Positions 1 to 13,281 of a DNA stretch of 64,000 bases are shown piece after piece (within the stretch, counting starts at the first letter, position 1; each line of letters starts with the position of its first letter). The position numbers and the translations under genes are program-made. The stretch comes from Laetmonice hystrix (Eukaryota): NCBI GenBank assembly GCA_965235115.1, contig OZ249447.1:21080001-21144000 (forward strand), read 5' to 3'. The notes under the pieces were generated by a model. It saw only the letters and a program-made list of their open reading frames with translations, ran no database searches and was not told the origin of the DNA.

Positions 1-3000
1 AATCAGACCTGGAACAAATGAATGGGGCTGACCTTCCAGAGATAGAACCGGGGAACATTTCATGGAACTAATGAAGTCCTTCATTGTCGTCAGGGGAAGT
101 GCCAGCAATCGCTCTCAGCAATTTGTACACGAATTGGCTTGCCACAGGAGTTGAAACGAGGAGGTTGATACATTTGCCTACTCAGAAGGCCGTGCCCTTG
201 CTAGTCTTTTGTTAAAGGGGGGGGGGGGGGGGTGAGCGCTAACAATAAAGGGCAGGTGAATGGCACGGTCAGGGCCCTGGAGAAATGGCAGGGATGGAAG
301 GTTAGACGAAAGGCTATAGGCACATCTCGGATTCCGTGAAGATTTGGCCGCGGTAAAAGGCCAGCAGAGGCCCGCAGTGAATGGTATTGAAATTAGGCAT
401 GAATTAAATGCCCTGGCAGCTGTCTGTGACATTTGAAATTATTTGGCGGCCGTGTGAGAACGTTAGGCTTTGGTTATATGGTCGCATTGTACGGAGACGG
501 AAGGTGGTCGGGGACTGCCTGTATGAGTGCTGTACTGGGGGGTATGGAATCTCGCAGTGTCTCCAGACATACGAGCAGTCAGCAGGCATACGTTGATGTC
601 CTTCGAGTTGGCCTGGATCGGCAGCATCCAGGTGTGCGTGATTATGGCATGCAGTCTAGGCTGCTGTTAGATCTGTCGATCTGGGAACTAGGAACTGGAT
701 GGGAACTGCAAGACCAGGCCCTCTCTGTACATGAGGACATCTGTCTGGTGCCCGGGGTGTGGGAGGGGAGGGGGGCTTCAAAGACCAACCGAACCGTGTG
801 AGTAGAAGGAGGCATTGTTCTCGAGGTCTCGATCACGGATATCGCAGTGTTTTATCCATTATTTAAAGGCGGGTATTTTCTCCAGGTCCTCTGTTCCATT
901 CTGGTGGTTATAAACAAGGAATTTAAAATAACATCGAGTTTATTAAAGCAGAGACCATAATGACTAAGTCAGTGGGTGAGGACAATTGATTGAGATTGAG
1001 TTCAGAGAGCGGAGTCAACCAACATTATATTTCCATAGGTTTTTTTACGTTATACTGCTGGGATATGTAAATTGATATTCACAGCTCGAGTCTTGATGGA
1101 TATGACGTTGATAATCCAGGCCATTAGATGTTCCAAGAAGAGTGGTAGTTTGGATTAACATCGCCGTATAAGGCCTGATGTATTGTATCCAATCTGTATC
1201 CATGTCCTCCTCAAGTGCTGATGTCTGTTGTCCGGCTCCTGCCCTCAACAACTAAATCTATTTATCAAATGACCCATCATTAAAAGCGGTGCCGCTCGGT
1301 TGTGTCTCAATGGTCACCTGTGCCCTGAAGACCACTGTTCATCACGGTATTTATAGATCAGCCCTGCCAGGTGTGAAATCAGAGAGTTATTACATTGAGG
1401 AGAGACTCCCTTATAGTCGTTCCACAACAATAGACTTCTATCGAGCGTTCAAAATACACTGGTTTAATGACACGGCAAGTTCGCGACAGATTGCGAACCG
1501 AACCCCTGAAGTTTTCACACCGCCACGCCCCGGGCTCCATGCTGGACGTAACATGACAATAGCCAGGACGGGGGGGGGGGGGGGGGCAGGGGGTGTTACT
1601 CCTACCCTGTTTGTTCGTTGGAATGGGGTGGGGGTCGGGAAGGAGTGAGGGCCAATCATTGAGACCCACTTACTCGGGAGGTCGGTCACAAGTAGGTTTA
1701 CATGCGATCTGTGATGAAATCCACTCGCAATGTACTATTGCGTACAGTAACACTATATATCATTGTGTGAATATAAAACAGTTCATCTATTCTACAGATT
1801 GATGCGATGTCAAGAGTAATCAACTGTAGGGAGGACAAGATGTAATTCAAATATATATGGGGTCATGGGCAAATGTAGCTCCCTGACTTAGGTGCCCATC
1901 TCAGTGGAGGAGGGGAGGGGGGTCTTTACAGAAATCCAACAGGCCTGCACAAGAAATATTGATTTCTTGTATGCAGTGGACAGTGATGTTTTTTGGTAAT
2001 TCAGTTTCGATCAATTATGTCGTCATTAAAGGAAGGAAAAAATGCTTTTTAAAAAAATTGACAGTTTCCCTTTAAAAGGTATAATTGCCCTTGGGTGGGG
2101 CAGCCGTTTCAATACAAAGCACTTTGAATATTCCTGCCGACCATATCAATCTCTTGAATGTGTCGCTGGCTGCCTGCCAAATGCAATAATCATGTAGCAT
2201 TTCAATCCAGGGCTGAGTCCAGAAAAGGACCGAGTCTTTTTGTTGTTGTCGTAGTGGGCTAGGTGCCTGAATGGTGTGGTGAAAGTAAAGGCAGGGTATT
2301 TGGTCGGCGACCTGCTTACACGAAATCTAACACCGACCCAACAAAACGGCCTCAAATTTGTCCTCGCCCACATCCTGCATCCTCTCATGTGATGTTACAG
2401 ACAGAGCAGGTGATGATGAATAAGTCCTCGTGGTATTATACTGCGTTTATTTTTTTTCCAGAGGGTGGCGGTCTATATTTACTATGAGTGACACTGCAGT
2501 TAGAAAAACATGTTAGCATACAATGTCATCACATACAGTTGTTTCTGGTTGAATGCTGCCAACAAGATGGCCTCATTGTATATGTATGGAGTTTTTTTTA
2601 GCAGAGTTCTGAACTGTTGAAGATATGAAATTTGGGTCATTAGGATTTGATTATATTGCATTTATAGAACTGGTTTAAGAGGGGTTGGAGTAATTTTGAA
2701 AATGCTCTTATTTAGGAAATTATTTATGAATTAGTAACACGTGGATGAGGGTAGGTCATTGTTAGATTCCGTTTTATTGCCGTACGTCACGGATGTTAAT
2801 ACAGATAGGTTTCGTATCAGTTTCAAGGTTATTTCAGTAACTTGATGCCTTCTCATAAATTATATGTGAATTCTGACAGTGTAGGTCACGGTGCTCTCGT
2901 ATCCTGAATACTAATGGCATAGTACATTCTTATAGCCACACAACAAGTAATCCAAACAAAAAAAAAAGGTTTCATAAATATTTAAAATGACTTTAAAACA

Positions 3001-4318
3001 AAACTTTTACACTCCTTTCGAAAGGCATTTCAAGAATGTGCAAAGGCCACCAATGTTCTGTGATAACTTTATAGCCTTTCATAGAAATTACACATTTCAT
3101 TAGGGGTATCTATGCCTTGAGGGGTGTTTGGGGTAGGGTTAAGGCCCCCTTCTATCGGGCAGATGGCCACTTTCCAACCCCTGGGAGTTGCACCCACTTT
3201 ATACCCCCGGGGCTGTGGTGTGTGTGACCCATAGTTCCAGGGACGTTGGTTTGTTGGTGTCGCCGCACCCGACCACTGCCTCCCATCCCGACCCTGTCGG
3301 TCTCCATTCAGCCGTAACCCCTCCCCCCCCCCCCCCCGGCCATCCTCAGCCTGGCATTATTTACTCTACCTGTACACACCAACACGGTACAGAACCAGCT
3401 GGCCATGAGTCCTTCACCCAGCCACCATCAACAACTTTGGCCATGAGGCGCATTCCAATATCGTCCTGAGCCTGTTTTTGGTGAAATATCTTTGTTAATG
3501 TGTGTAGTATGAGGAGAATTGTTCCTAGTTGATTGATATTAGCTGCAAACTACACAGTTATACAGAAAATGATTGAAAACAGATCTGGGAAAAAACTCCA
3601 TAAAAATGGGGTTAATGGTTGTGAGTGTGGCGAAGATGGCGTATTGTGGAGGTTATTGTCACGGTTGGCACCGACTGAGGAGTTGTCTGATGGAGAATGC
3701 CAGCAATCGATACTTCCACCCGTCGTACGGTAGTCCTTCAAGTGGTTTGGACATGGTTCACCAATTACCCTGGCTTTGTGTACGGGAGGGGAAGGATGTC
3801 GAGGGGGGGGGGGGTAAGCGGAAGGTATGGTATACTCTATGAACTTGCATCCGGACTTATTGTCATCTGTGGCTATTTGAAAACCCTGGGTTGGCACGTA
3901 AAGGGGTAATTAAGAGCCAGGGGTAGACATGCCAGGAGGTATATAATTGATGTTTTTCCGGGATGGGGTTGGAGGATGACGACCGGAGATATTTTGAGTG
4001 CTGTCGATAAGGTAATGTTGGTAATGTTCAGTGAGCTGGCCATGACGTGCTCCGTGACGGGTCGGACCGTTCAGGTGTCCGCCAATTACCCGTTATTACG
4101 GTCCGACCGACGGCTGCGTGCACCAGGCTCGTGTGATTAGTTGACACCTTCCGGTTTGCATGGTGGCGTCCCTCACATGATGTTTTGTGGCCCCGGTATC
4201 CTCAGCAACAAATTACGGCGAGCTCCGGAACCTGAACCAGAATGCACCGAATGACCTTACATGTTTCACCCCGAGTGCACCCCTGCCTTCCTCCAGCAAC
4301 CGGTTCTCCGGATTCAAT

Positions 4319-5162
4319 CCCAACAACCATAGATTGCTGTGTAAGGAATGAACTCCGGAGAGTCTCCCAACAACCACAGATTGTTGTGTAAGGAATGAAC
4401 TCCGGAGAGTCTCCCAACAACCATAGATTGTTGTGTAAGGAATGAACTCAGGAGAGTCTCCCAACAACCATAGATTGTTGTGTAAGGAATGAACTCAGGA
4501 GAGTCTCCCAACAACCATAGATTGTTGTGTAAGGAATGAACTCAGGAGAGTCTCCCAACAACCATAGATTGTTGTGTAAGGAATGAACTCAGGAGAGTCT
4601 CCCAACAACCATAGATTGTTGTGTAAGGAATGAACTCAGGAGAGTCTCCCAACAACCATAGATTGTTGTGTAAGGAATGAACTCAGGAGAGTCTCCCAAC
4701 AACCATAGATTGTTGTGTAAGGAATGAACTCAGGAGAGTCTCCCAACAACCATAGATTGTTGTGTAAGGAATGAACTCCGAGGAGTCTCCCAACAACCAT
4801 AGATTGTTGTATAAGGAATGAACTCAGGAGAGTCTCCCAACAACCATAGATTGTTGTGTAAGGAATAAACTCAGGAGAGTCTCCCAACAACCATAGATTG
4901 TTGTGTAAGGACTGAACTCCGGAGAGTCTCCCAACAACCATAGATTGCTGTGTAAGGACTGAACTCCGGAGAGTCTCCCAACAACCATAGATTGTTGTGT
5001 AAGGAATAAACTCAGGAGAGTCTCCCAACAACCATAGATTGCTGTGTAAGGACTTAACTCAGGAGAGTCACCTAACAACCATAGATTGTTATGTAAGGAA
5101 TGAACTCCGGAGAGTCTCCCAACAACCATAGATTGTTGTGTAAGGAATGAACTCCGGAGAGT
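4319..5162. repeat. Minisatellite, 47-bp unit, ~18 copies
   Basis: Unit caacaaccatagattgttgtgtaaggaatgaactc(a/c)ggagagtctcc read directly. Confidence 0.97.
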
Positions 5163-8100
5163 GCCAATAAAGGCCGTTCTGTGCAGTTTACATATGGGTA
5201 TTGATGCATAGGTTAATTCGTACGTTCTTTGTATACGGCCTGCCTCAAAGTGGTATATTTCTCGCCTTCAAGGTCATATTGTGATGGCAGCCGTCTTCAT
5301 CCGTTTCTAGCTTGATCAAAGTGTGTTCTGTCGTCCCGCTGAATAATTGGACTGCAATAGTCAAGATTGTTTGCTTGGAATTGTGGCTTTAATAGTCAAC
5401 AAAAAGGGATTGGCCTGAGTGCCTGCAGCACTTTGATGGAAATCATTTCTTGAGCATTTTAAGTGCCTGCACTGAGGATCTGATAGAGACTTGGCGTATG
5501 ATTGTTTCAACTTTTTTTGCCATTAGAAATGATCTTGGCTGCAATGCAGCAGGAGACCTGGCTGTGTTAAGTACTGTTTAATAAACAACATGCAATGAAA
5601 GTACTTGACTAAATAGTTAAAATAAAAAGAAAACATTTGTTCGCCATTGTGTGTTTGTACTTATTGTGCCGAATGAAAACGATGTTTTTCAATGTAGTGT
5701 GATGTATTCATAAACGAAGGCATCACGATTGGCGGCAGTACAATACGGGAGTTGATAACGTCAGATGACTGTGCATGTTATTTGTATTGGCTACCAAGGC
5801 TGAAGGGGCACAATGTCATGCAATTTTCCTCGGGTCTGATTTATTTACTATCAAACTTTGCTTCAAACTCATGTACACGGGTACATGTATATAGTTTCTC
5901 CTCCTGGAAATCCGGGAAAGGCATTGAAGGCATTTCTTTTCCTCGCTGATTAATTTAAGGGATGATTTGAGCGAAACATTGCTGCGGAATAAGGCGGCAG
6001 GGCACTGTAATCTCCCACTCGAGTGTCTGCCGTACTTCTGTTGTAGCCTTGATCTTCGTGCGTGGAGTGGTCCAAGGACGGCTCAGTTACCGACCTACAC
6101 GTGGGCGGTTACTGGGACGTTACGTCTTGTCATGACGTGACGTATAACAGCGTCTTTGTCACGTGACAGTGGGAGAGACGCTAACCACAGCGCTCTGTTA
6201 GACGACCCTGATTCCTGTTAACCTAGCTGTAAATGGACGTCGACTGAGGTGATCTGGGCCTGCATCACGGCAGAGAATTGTTTCTGCTGTGTTCGCGTTT
6301 TTATGTTTCTGAGAAAGTTTTTGGTCTGCGAGTGCTTGATTCGTTTATTGCTGTGTCCCCATGTGATTGGATACGTCACGGTGGCCGGACTAATTCTGGC
6401 TCATCTAAGCGAATTTGACTACATTTGACTACATGACTACAGAGTGCCACATTTGAGATGCAATTCAACGTTATGAATAATCTTGATACAAAAAACGAGA
6501 TCTGGTAAAAAAACCAGTCCCTAGATAAGATTTGTAAGGAAATGTCCACCACTGTCACCGGCAACTAACGCCGACAGCAAAAATGATGGAAAAAAGTTAA
6601 TTATCCTTCATAAAGCCTCGAACAAAATTAGTCCATTTAATTACAGTAATGTTCCTTTTGACTGAATGCCATTTTGAAAGTTCAGGGAGTGATGAAGCAT
6701 TTCAAAGAAGGCAGCTGAGAATGGCGGTTGGCCTGGGCCTATCTTTCATGTGGACATGGCGATTGTGACTTGCGTAATTGGGCAGTATGTTGAGGCTCTA
6801 ATTATGTAAAGTTTCATTGAGTTGTGTAACTAGGCAGTACGTTGAGGATTTACTTATCATAGTTATGGGGGTTTACATAGAGTTGAATAACGTGGCGGGT
6901 ACTTGTATGGACATGTGTGTGACATCAAGCCTGGTGTCCAGCCTCCTCATGGATAAATAAACGCATGACTGGTCGTGTGAGAGGGCCCTAGAGGGTATAG
7001 GGATGGGGTGGGGGAGGGGGTAGGGTGATCCGGGGTTCTGGCCGAAAACGGCCGACCACAGGGTGTTTTACGTAAACATGTCGCCCCCAAAGGAAGGATA
7101 TGGACCGAGGATATTTACAGGTCTGTTTGATGAAGACCCCTACCCCCTCCCCCAACAGGACTCATTCACTCAATGACCCGGCCCTGCTTACAACACAACC
7201 CATCACTGACTGGAGCCAGTGGGCAGACCCGCTCAGGAAGCTGGGAAACCCAAGGCTCCATGGTCATGGCCGTGTCAGGAAAGCTTGCAAAGTCCTGGAA
7301 ATCTTTGACAAAGTGCCATATGGTACAAATCCAATACAATTCAGTGTCAGCATTTCTGGACCGAAGGACAGGTTTTATTTTCCCTGAGAGGAATCAGATG
7401 AGTAGATGACCCAGTATCATGAAGAACTACCCCAGTACCAGTACACACAGGTGACGACGCGCTGGTTTGACGTAACGTAACGGAGTTATTGATTGCCTCG
7501 TGTCTGGCACATTGTTGGATATTCATTTCCGACCGCCGATAAATGTCAGCAAACATTGTGGTGTACATTACATCGCGAGGGCGATATCAGGTTTTTGTCT
7601 GGATGAGGAGTCAACATAATAAGACGAGCTGGTTTCGAATCGTCACTTTCATGGCCGCACAAGTTTGCCTGTAGTTATTATTGATACATTGTGAGGAGGA
7701 ATTAGGCCTAAAGATAAAGTAAGGATACAATGCCTCTTGGATGGCGTCATCATCACCCGATCCACTCGGTTTCTTGGTACATTGGCGATGAGTTTTTACC
7801 TTCCATAATTTTACCGAGAAAGTTGTCTTTAAAAGCTACTTATCGCATTTCTATACATCAACTTCCTTATAGATTAACGGTCCGAAGGACTTCTTGGAAT
7901 TTAAACTCAAACTGTCGTATCCTGGTCCATCGCCTTTCAGAAGTTTGTTTTGCAATGACAGAACAAAGTGCACATTTCTTTAGTAATTAATGAAGGGTAT
8001 TGCTCCATTGTGTACTGGAGGGATAGATTCTGAAGACGCGTAGTTGTCCTGATGTATTATTCTGATTATTGGCTGATCCCCCCCCCCCCTCCATGCACCA

Positions 8101-11100
8101 GTCCCGGCGGATGACCGAACCTTGATCCCGGATGCATGGTCCAGGAGTCGTTTGGAGGCTGGTTCCGGCCCAACGCCCCCTAACAACGACATCATTACGT
8201 TCCCTGCCCACTTTAGGATGCTCTTCTCTGGTAATTATATCCTGCCGTTATTCAGTGTAAGCCCGCACTGAGAGAGGAGAGCGTGGGGATGGGGTGGGGG
8301 TGTGGGGGAGGGGTGTGGGGGAGGGTGGGGGGGGGGGTAAGTCAGGATCCTCCTGCTGATGACGCTTGAACACAAAGTGAGCAAACCCTGGAACATGCAT
8401 GTCAGTCATAAACGGGTGTATGCGGACGTATGTAAAATTGGTGTCATTAATGTGTAATGAGGTGGTGAGCCAGCTAAATGATTTTTCCGTCCTACTGGTG
8501 GGGGCAGGGGGTGGGTGGGGGGGGGGGTAAAAAAAGGTGCTGGCGTCAAATTGATGGCGTGTGGTGAGTAGCTCGTTTGTAGGGACATCAGAAAGATATG
8601 AATGAATAAAATGGGCGGTGTTTTTTGTGAAAACATATCAAATGATTTAGCTCTAACAGTTATGAGAGTTTATGTCACTAGAAGTGCGACTAAAAACCAA
8701 GCTGTGCATACGCTAAACCGTACACAACTTCTGTACGCTTCAACAAACGTCCACACTTGATGTTGTACCATCACTAGATGAGCAATCTCATTTTTCTGTA
8801 AAAGAAATGAATCAGACTAAACAGAAAGTGTTTTGTTGGCAAGAAATTTCAGATAAATAATTTATGTTACTGTGTATCAAATCCCAGATTTTCTTCCCCT
8901 CTGAACCCTTTTTCTAATGTGGCCATCTTTTGTTGTTAAATAACACACGACATTGTTTTGATTTGTGTGACATACTTAGTACTAGTCACTTGGGTGGTCT
9001 ATTGTCGGGTGCTTTATCTGGTAAAGTTCTGAGTTCCTCGTATATGTCCACAATGGTCTCCACCGTGTCTGCCATCCCGGATGATGATGGCGAGGAGATT
9101 GGCGACGTGGCACATCCCAACACCAGCTGACCTGAGCGTATATACCGAGAGGTCAAATATTGCCCCCCAGCTCGGGTTCCGTGCTCGCCGGGGCATGGCC
9201 GGGCAGGGCCTGGAACCCCATGTAACAATGATGTACATCCCCATGATCTGCCCTAGATATGGGACGGGGAGCAGACCCACCATTGTCATCCTAATGGAGT
9301 TTGCCAACCACATTGCCCGTCAGTCAATAACATTACGACTCGATCCGGAGCACAAAATTCGGCAGCTGTATTCCATCAATGCAAACAAAAACATTGCCAC
9401 CATAGGAAGCGCAGCCGTGGTTATGAACTTTGCACCATACCAGTAATTGAATATTTCCAGTATGGAAATATATTGACTCTTCTGTTTGTATGGTATAGTA
9501 TAGTTTAGTTTGTCGTATACCATGGTATACTGCCAAGCTTCTGTGTATGAGTGTAGAACAAAGCCGGGATGTTATAAAACGAAACTGCACCTTGTGAAGA
9601 ATAATATACATGACTATATAGGTATATGAATATAATGGTTAAAAATATAACCGTGTCTTGCCGGGTTTCCAGTATACATACATACCGGGTATGTCATACC
9701 GTTTTGTGATACTATTCGGGCCATGCAGTCGGACGTCTTTTCAAAAAGCAAGCTGGGGTGCACTCAAGTAGGCCTTTAATGGACATACCAGGTCAGAATT
9801 AGAGAGTCGCTAAGATTGGGACGTTAATATAATGATGAGGCAGCACATTAATATTTTCTTCCCGTACTCCCCGCCATCACTGAGGGAGAAAAACCTGCTG
9901 GGTTGGCCATGACGTCATGGTTGGCCAATGAGACCCCTACATTTTGGCATGTAGCACCGTGACTGACAGACAACAAGTCGTTGGATGTCAGTCCTATATT
10001 ATTACCCGTATCGTGGTCACTAAAACCTCGTGACCAGGATGGCCTTATGATGGTCCAAACAATGGCCACATCCGGCCGGCCAGGCCAGGCCAGGCACGGG
10101 CGTTAATCAACATAGGATTGGGTTTCGATTCCCAATCTTACACCCTCATGATGTGAGAAATGTTTTAATGCTTAATGATGCAAAAAAAAACCATGAACGT
10201 CCAACTAATTGGATCACTACTCATGTGTTATATGTTATTTCAACATTTATTTGCATGGAAATTGGTCTGCAGGGTTCTAGTGTATAGTTATAGTTAATAT
10301 TGGCTGCGAAGCGTACTGGGTACATGTAATTAACCAATGTATTATCATGCCGAGGTGGCCAAGAACTCTTCAAGCATCCCTGTCGGATCAGAGGCAGCGG
10401 TTGCCTATTCCATCTGTGTTCATTTGTCAGGGATGGCCATGTGTCTGGTGCATCACATTAGGACGGCAGTGACACTGATTTACCATTGCCTCACTAGCGT
10501 GGTCGTTAGAGGCAATGGTTTGGATTTAGTTGGGCACGGCTAACGTCTGGACGTGACTGCCTTATCAGGTCCTCCACAGTTTGTGTCTGGAGTGGGTAGG
10601 TTGGGCCAGTCTGAACACCTGATCCAACTGATGACAGCCGCTAACTCCCTGCTCCAATGATCAACCACAACTTATCGACCCTCATTAACATTTTGATGGA
10701 TGCAGTGTGAGGAATTAGGCGGATAATGTTTACCATTGGTGGAGACCAAGAAGGGATAGCAGTTGATGGGTCGTCATAAGAAGTTGATAACACTGTAACG
10801 AATGCAAGACTGAAATATTATTATTACACGTTCATTCCATGCGTCAGTAGAATAGAAATAATTGAACAGGGACGAATTTAGACTTGCCATTTCAGACTTG
10901 ACTTGTTCAGAAAATGATGGCGTTTAATCCTAGAACAAAAAAAATGTTTTAGGTGATTTGTAGTTTGAGGCTATGTCCGTGCAGCAGAATGAGGTAGCTT
11001 CTCCAGTATCAGCGAGTATGTATAGTTGTATACATGACGGTCCTGCCCTCCCTCCACCTGTTTGAGCGGTCTATTGTTGCACTTTGTCCTTGGAGATTGG

Positions 11101-11784
11101 AAACGTGAGCAGACAGAGGTCATGGAGCAGATTGTGGCTCTTCAGTTTCATATGAGAGCAGTTTTTGTCCAGCTTGGCGGCCAGGTTACCGTTTATATCA
11201 GAAATATTAAAATATCTGTTTATACTATTGTCTGCTCACAGAGGCAAAACACCGCCGGTTTTCTCGGAAACTGTACATCTTGATTACCTAATGCGGCGTT
11301 GATAGATTTCTTAATTATGTAAAATCAATCTATTTCAATTTCACTTCAATTGTACGGCTGGTGATTGAGGTTTGAGTTGTGTGTTTAGAAGACCTGTCGA
11401 GCGTAGGGATTGATTTGATTTAGGAGTATAGCCAGACTGTGTATCCCATGGGATGGCATGTCGTTTGTTAACCTAGATAAGATGGATGGCTAGAATTTGT
11501 TGATGGCAGTGAGGGTGGACAGACAGACAGACTTTGATGACACGTGGGAGTGATAGACAGAGGTGGGATAGATAAACAAGGCCCTGATGAAGGATTGCTG
11601 TAGACGCGGTCTCAGGCCGCCCGCACTCTGCTGACCGGCTGGACGACCAGTCTCGTCTCCCCAGCTGCTCGCAGCATGTATCTCATTTGGCCAATTTGGG
11701 TTGATTATCTGGTTGGCGGCAAGTACGGTGGGAGGTCGTGTGTGGCCAGCCAGGCTGTACGTAGTTCTGTAAATACTTTACAGA

Positions 11785-12184
11785 TTGAAAGTGTCCACAA
11801 AAGTCCAGTTGTACATAACGGCAGTGTATGTAGATTTGTAACATAACATATTGAAAGTGTCCACAAAAGTCCAGTTGTACATAACGGCTGTGTATGTAGA
11901 TTTGTAACTTAACATATTGAAAGTGTCAACAAAAGTCCAGTTGTACATAACGGCTGTGTATGTAGATTTGTAACTTAACATATTGAAAGTGTCAACAAAA
12001 GTCCAGTTTTACATCACGGATGTGTATGAGTTCTTTTACTTTCCATATTGAAAGTGTCCACAAAAGTCCAGTTTTACATCACGGCTGTGTATGAAGCTCT
12101 GTTACTTTCCATATTGAAAATGACGACAAAGTCCAGTTGTTGTAGTTCTGTAACTTTACATGTTGCAAATGTCAACAAAAGTAC
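11785..12184. repeat. Minisatellite, 66-bp unit, ~6 copies, degrading to the right
   Basis: Unit ttgaaagtgtccacaaaagtccagttgtacataacggctgtgtatgtagatttgtaacttaacata; starts at 11785, 11851, 11917 and onward. Confidence 0.93.
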
Positions 12185-12947
12185 AGATGTTATCAAGCCT
12201 GGCGAGGAGTGTGCGGTATGGGTGGGGCAGCAAGGTCACAGCCTGAACTCCTAGGTGTACATGGATCATTGTAAACACTGGGGATGTATATCATATATAC
12301 GGGTAGATTACAGAAAGGTCATGAAGGACAACATAAACGTTATCCACGTGGTAAGGAGGCTGTATGCCCAGACCCAAATACCAAACTCAACCCCTATCAT
12401 TGAAGGGTACATTGGATTTATATAGGACGTGGGAAGTGTTCAATAGGCCACCTCCCAGGACAACTCCCACAAATCTGAGTGACCTCCCCCCCTCCGGCAC
12501 CGCTCACACATAGATTTATGTGAACGCTGTCCCATCCCCAAATGATGAAATATTGTCTGGATATTCTCTATTAGAATTCAGTTTATTGCTGACACTGCAG
12601 TCTGCATGGGTTCAAGGTCTGCAAGCAATTGTTCCTGCAGGACTGTGGACAGAACGAGAGACACCACTCTGAACCTCATAGCCTTCAATATTTTATTCAT
12701 ACCGTGAAGTAATCTTATATTGAGTTAAGTTATGATTAAATGCCTGGTATAGTTACTGCGTAATTCCTCTATCGAGGTTTATATAAAATTTGCATCTGCT
12801 GCCAATCAGGAACAGAAACTGTACAGACTCCAGCGTTCACGTTCTGTTAACCGCATTAAGTGTCCTTCTGAAGGCCAGCTGTGGCAGGGCCTGCAGGAAG
12901 AATACATTGTAATTAATTCTGTCCAGCTTACAACAATTAGGAGATTG

Positions 12948-13281
12948 TTAAAGCCATTCACGATTATCTCTGAGTTCAATATCTCCAAAATTCAGACATG
13001 GGCTGTTAGGTTAGATAAGGGATAGACTACATAAATCAATATATGTATACCCAAGGAAATGGGGAAATGGGAGGAAATCCAACATTCCAGTTGCCTGTTG
13101 TCGCTATGAAGCGATCGGCCTATGGCTGGTTGACCTAGCATTGACTTGAACAGCCAATGAAATTCATTGGCTCATCGCCTGATTGATTGATTTTATGTAG
13201 TCTCAGGCTTACATCTAACCTAACAGCCCATGCCTGCATTTTGAAGTCATTTAACTAAGAGATAATCGTGAATGGCTATAA
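12948..13281. mobile_element. Fold-back MITE (~326 bp, 12952-13277) with ~90-bp imperfect terminal inverted repeats; Kolobok-like ends
   Basis: 12952-13040 is the reverse complement of 13186-13277 at roughly 80% identity, with two 20-bp perfect blocks (catgggctgttaggttagat and agccattcacgattatctct). Flanks are TTAA and ATAA; termini are AG...CT. Confidence 0.65.

Noticed and set aside
2026-2075. TTAA-AGG...CCT-TTAA mini Kolobok-like remnant
   Set aside because: Only 42 bp with ~3-bp matching termini, too short to distinguish from chance.
7290-7330. IFDKVP, resembling the LINE reverse-transcriptase AFDKVPH motif
   Set aside because: No downstream GVPQG or (Y/F)ADD motifs in a consistent frame or strand.
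9515-9530. 16-bp perfect palindrome GTATACCATGGTATAC
   Set aside because: About one such palindrome is expected per 64 kb.
10100-10140. B-box-like GGTTTCGATTCCC (similar at ~52447), suggesting a tRNA or SINE
   Set aside because: No matching A-box spacing or cloverleaf could be built.
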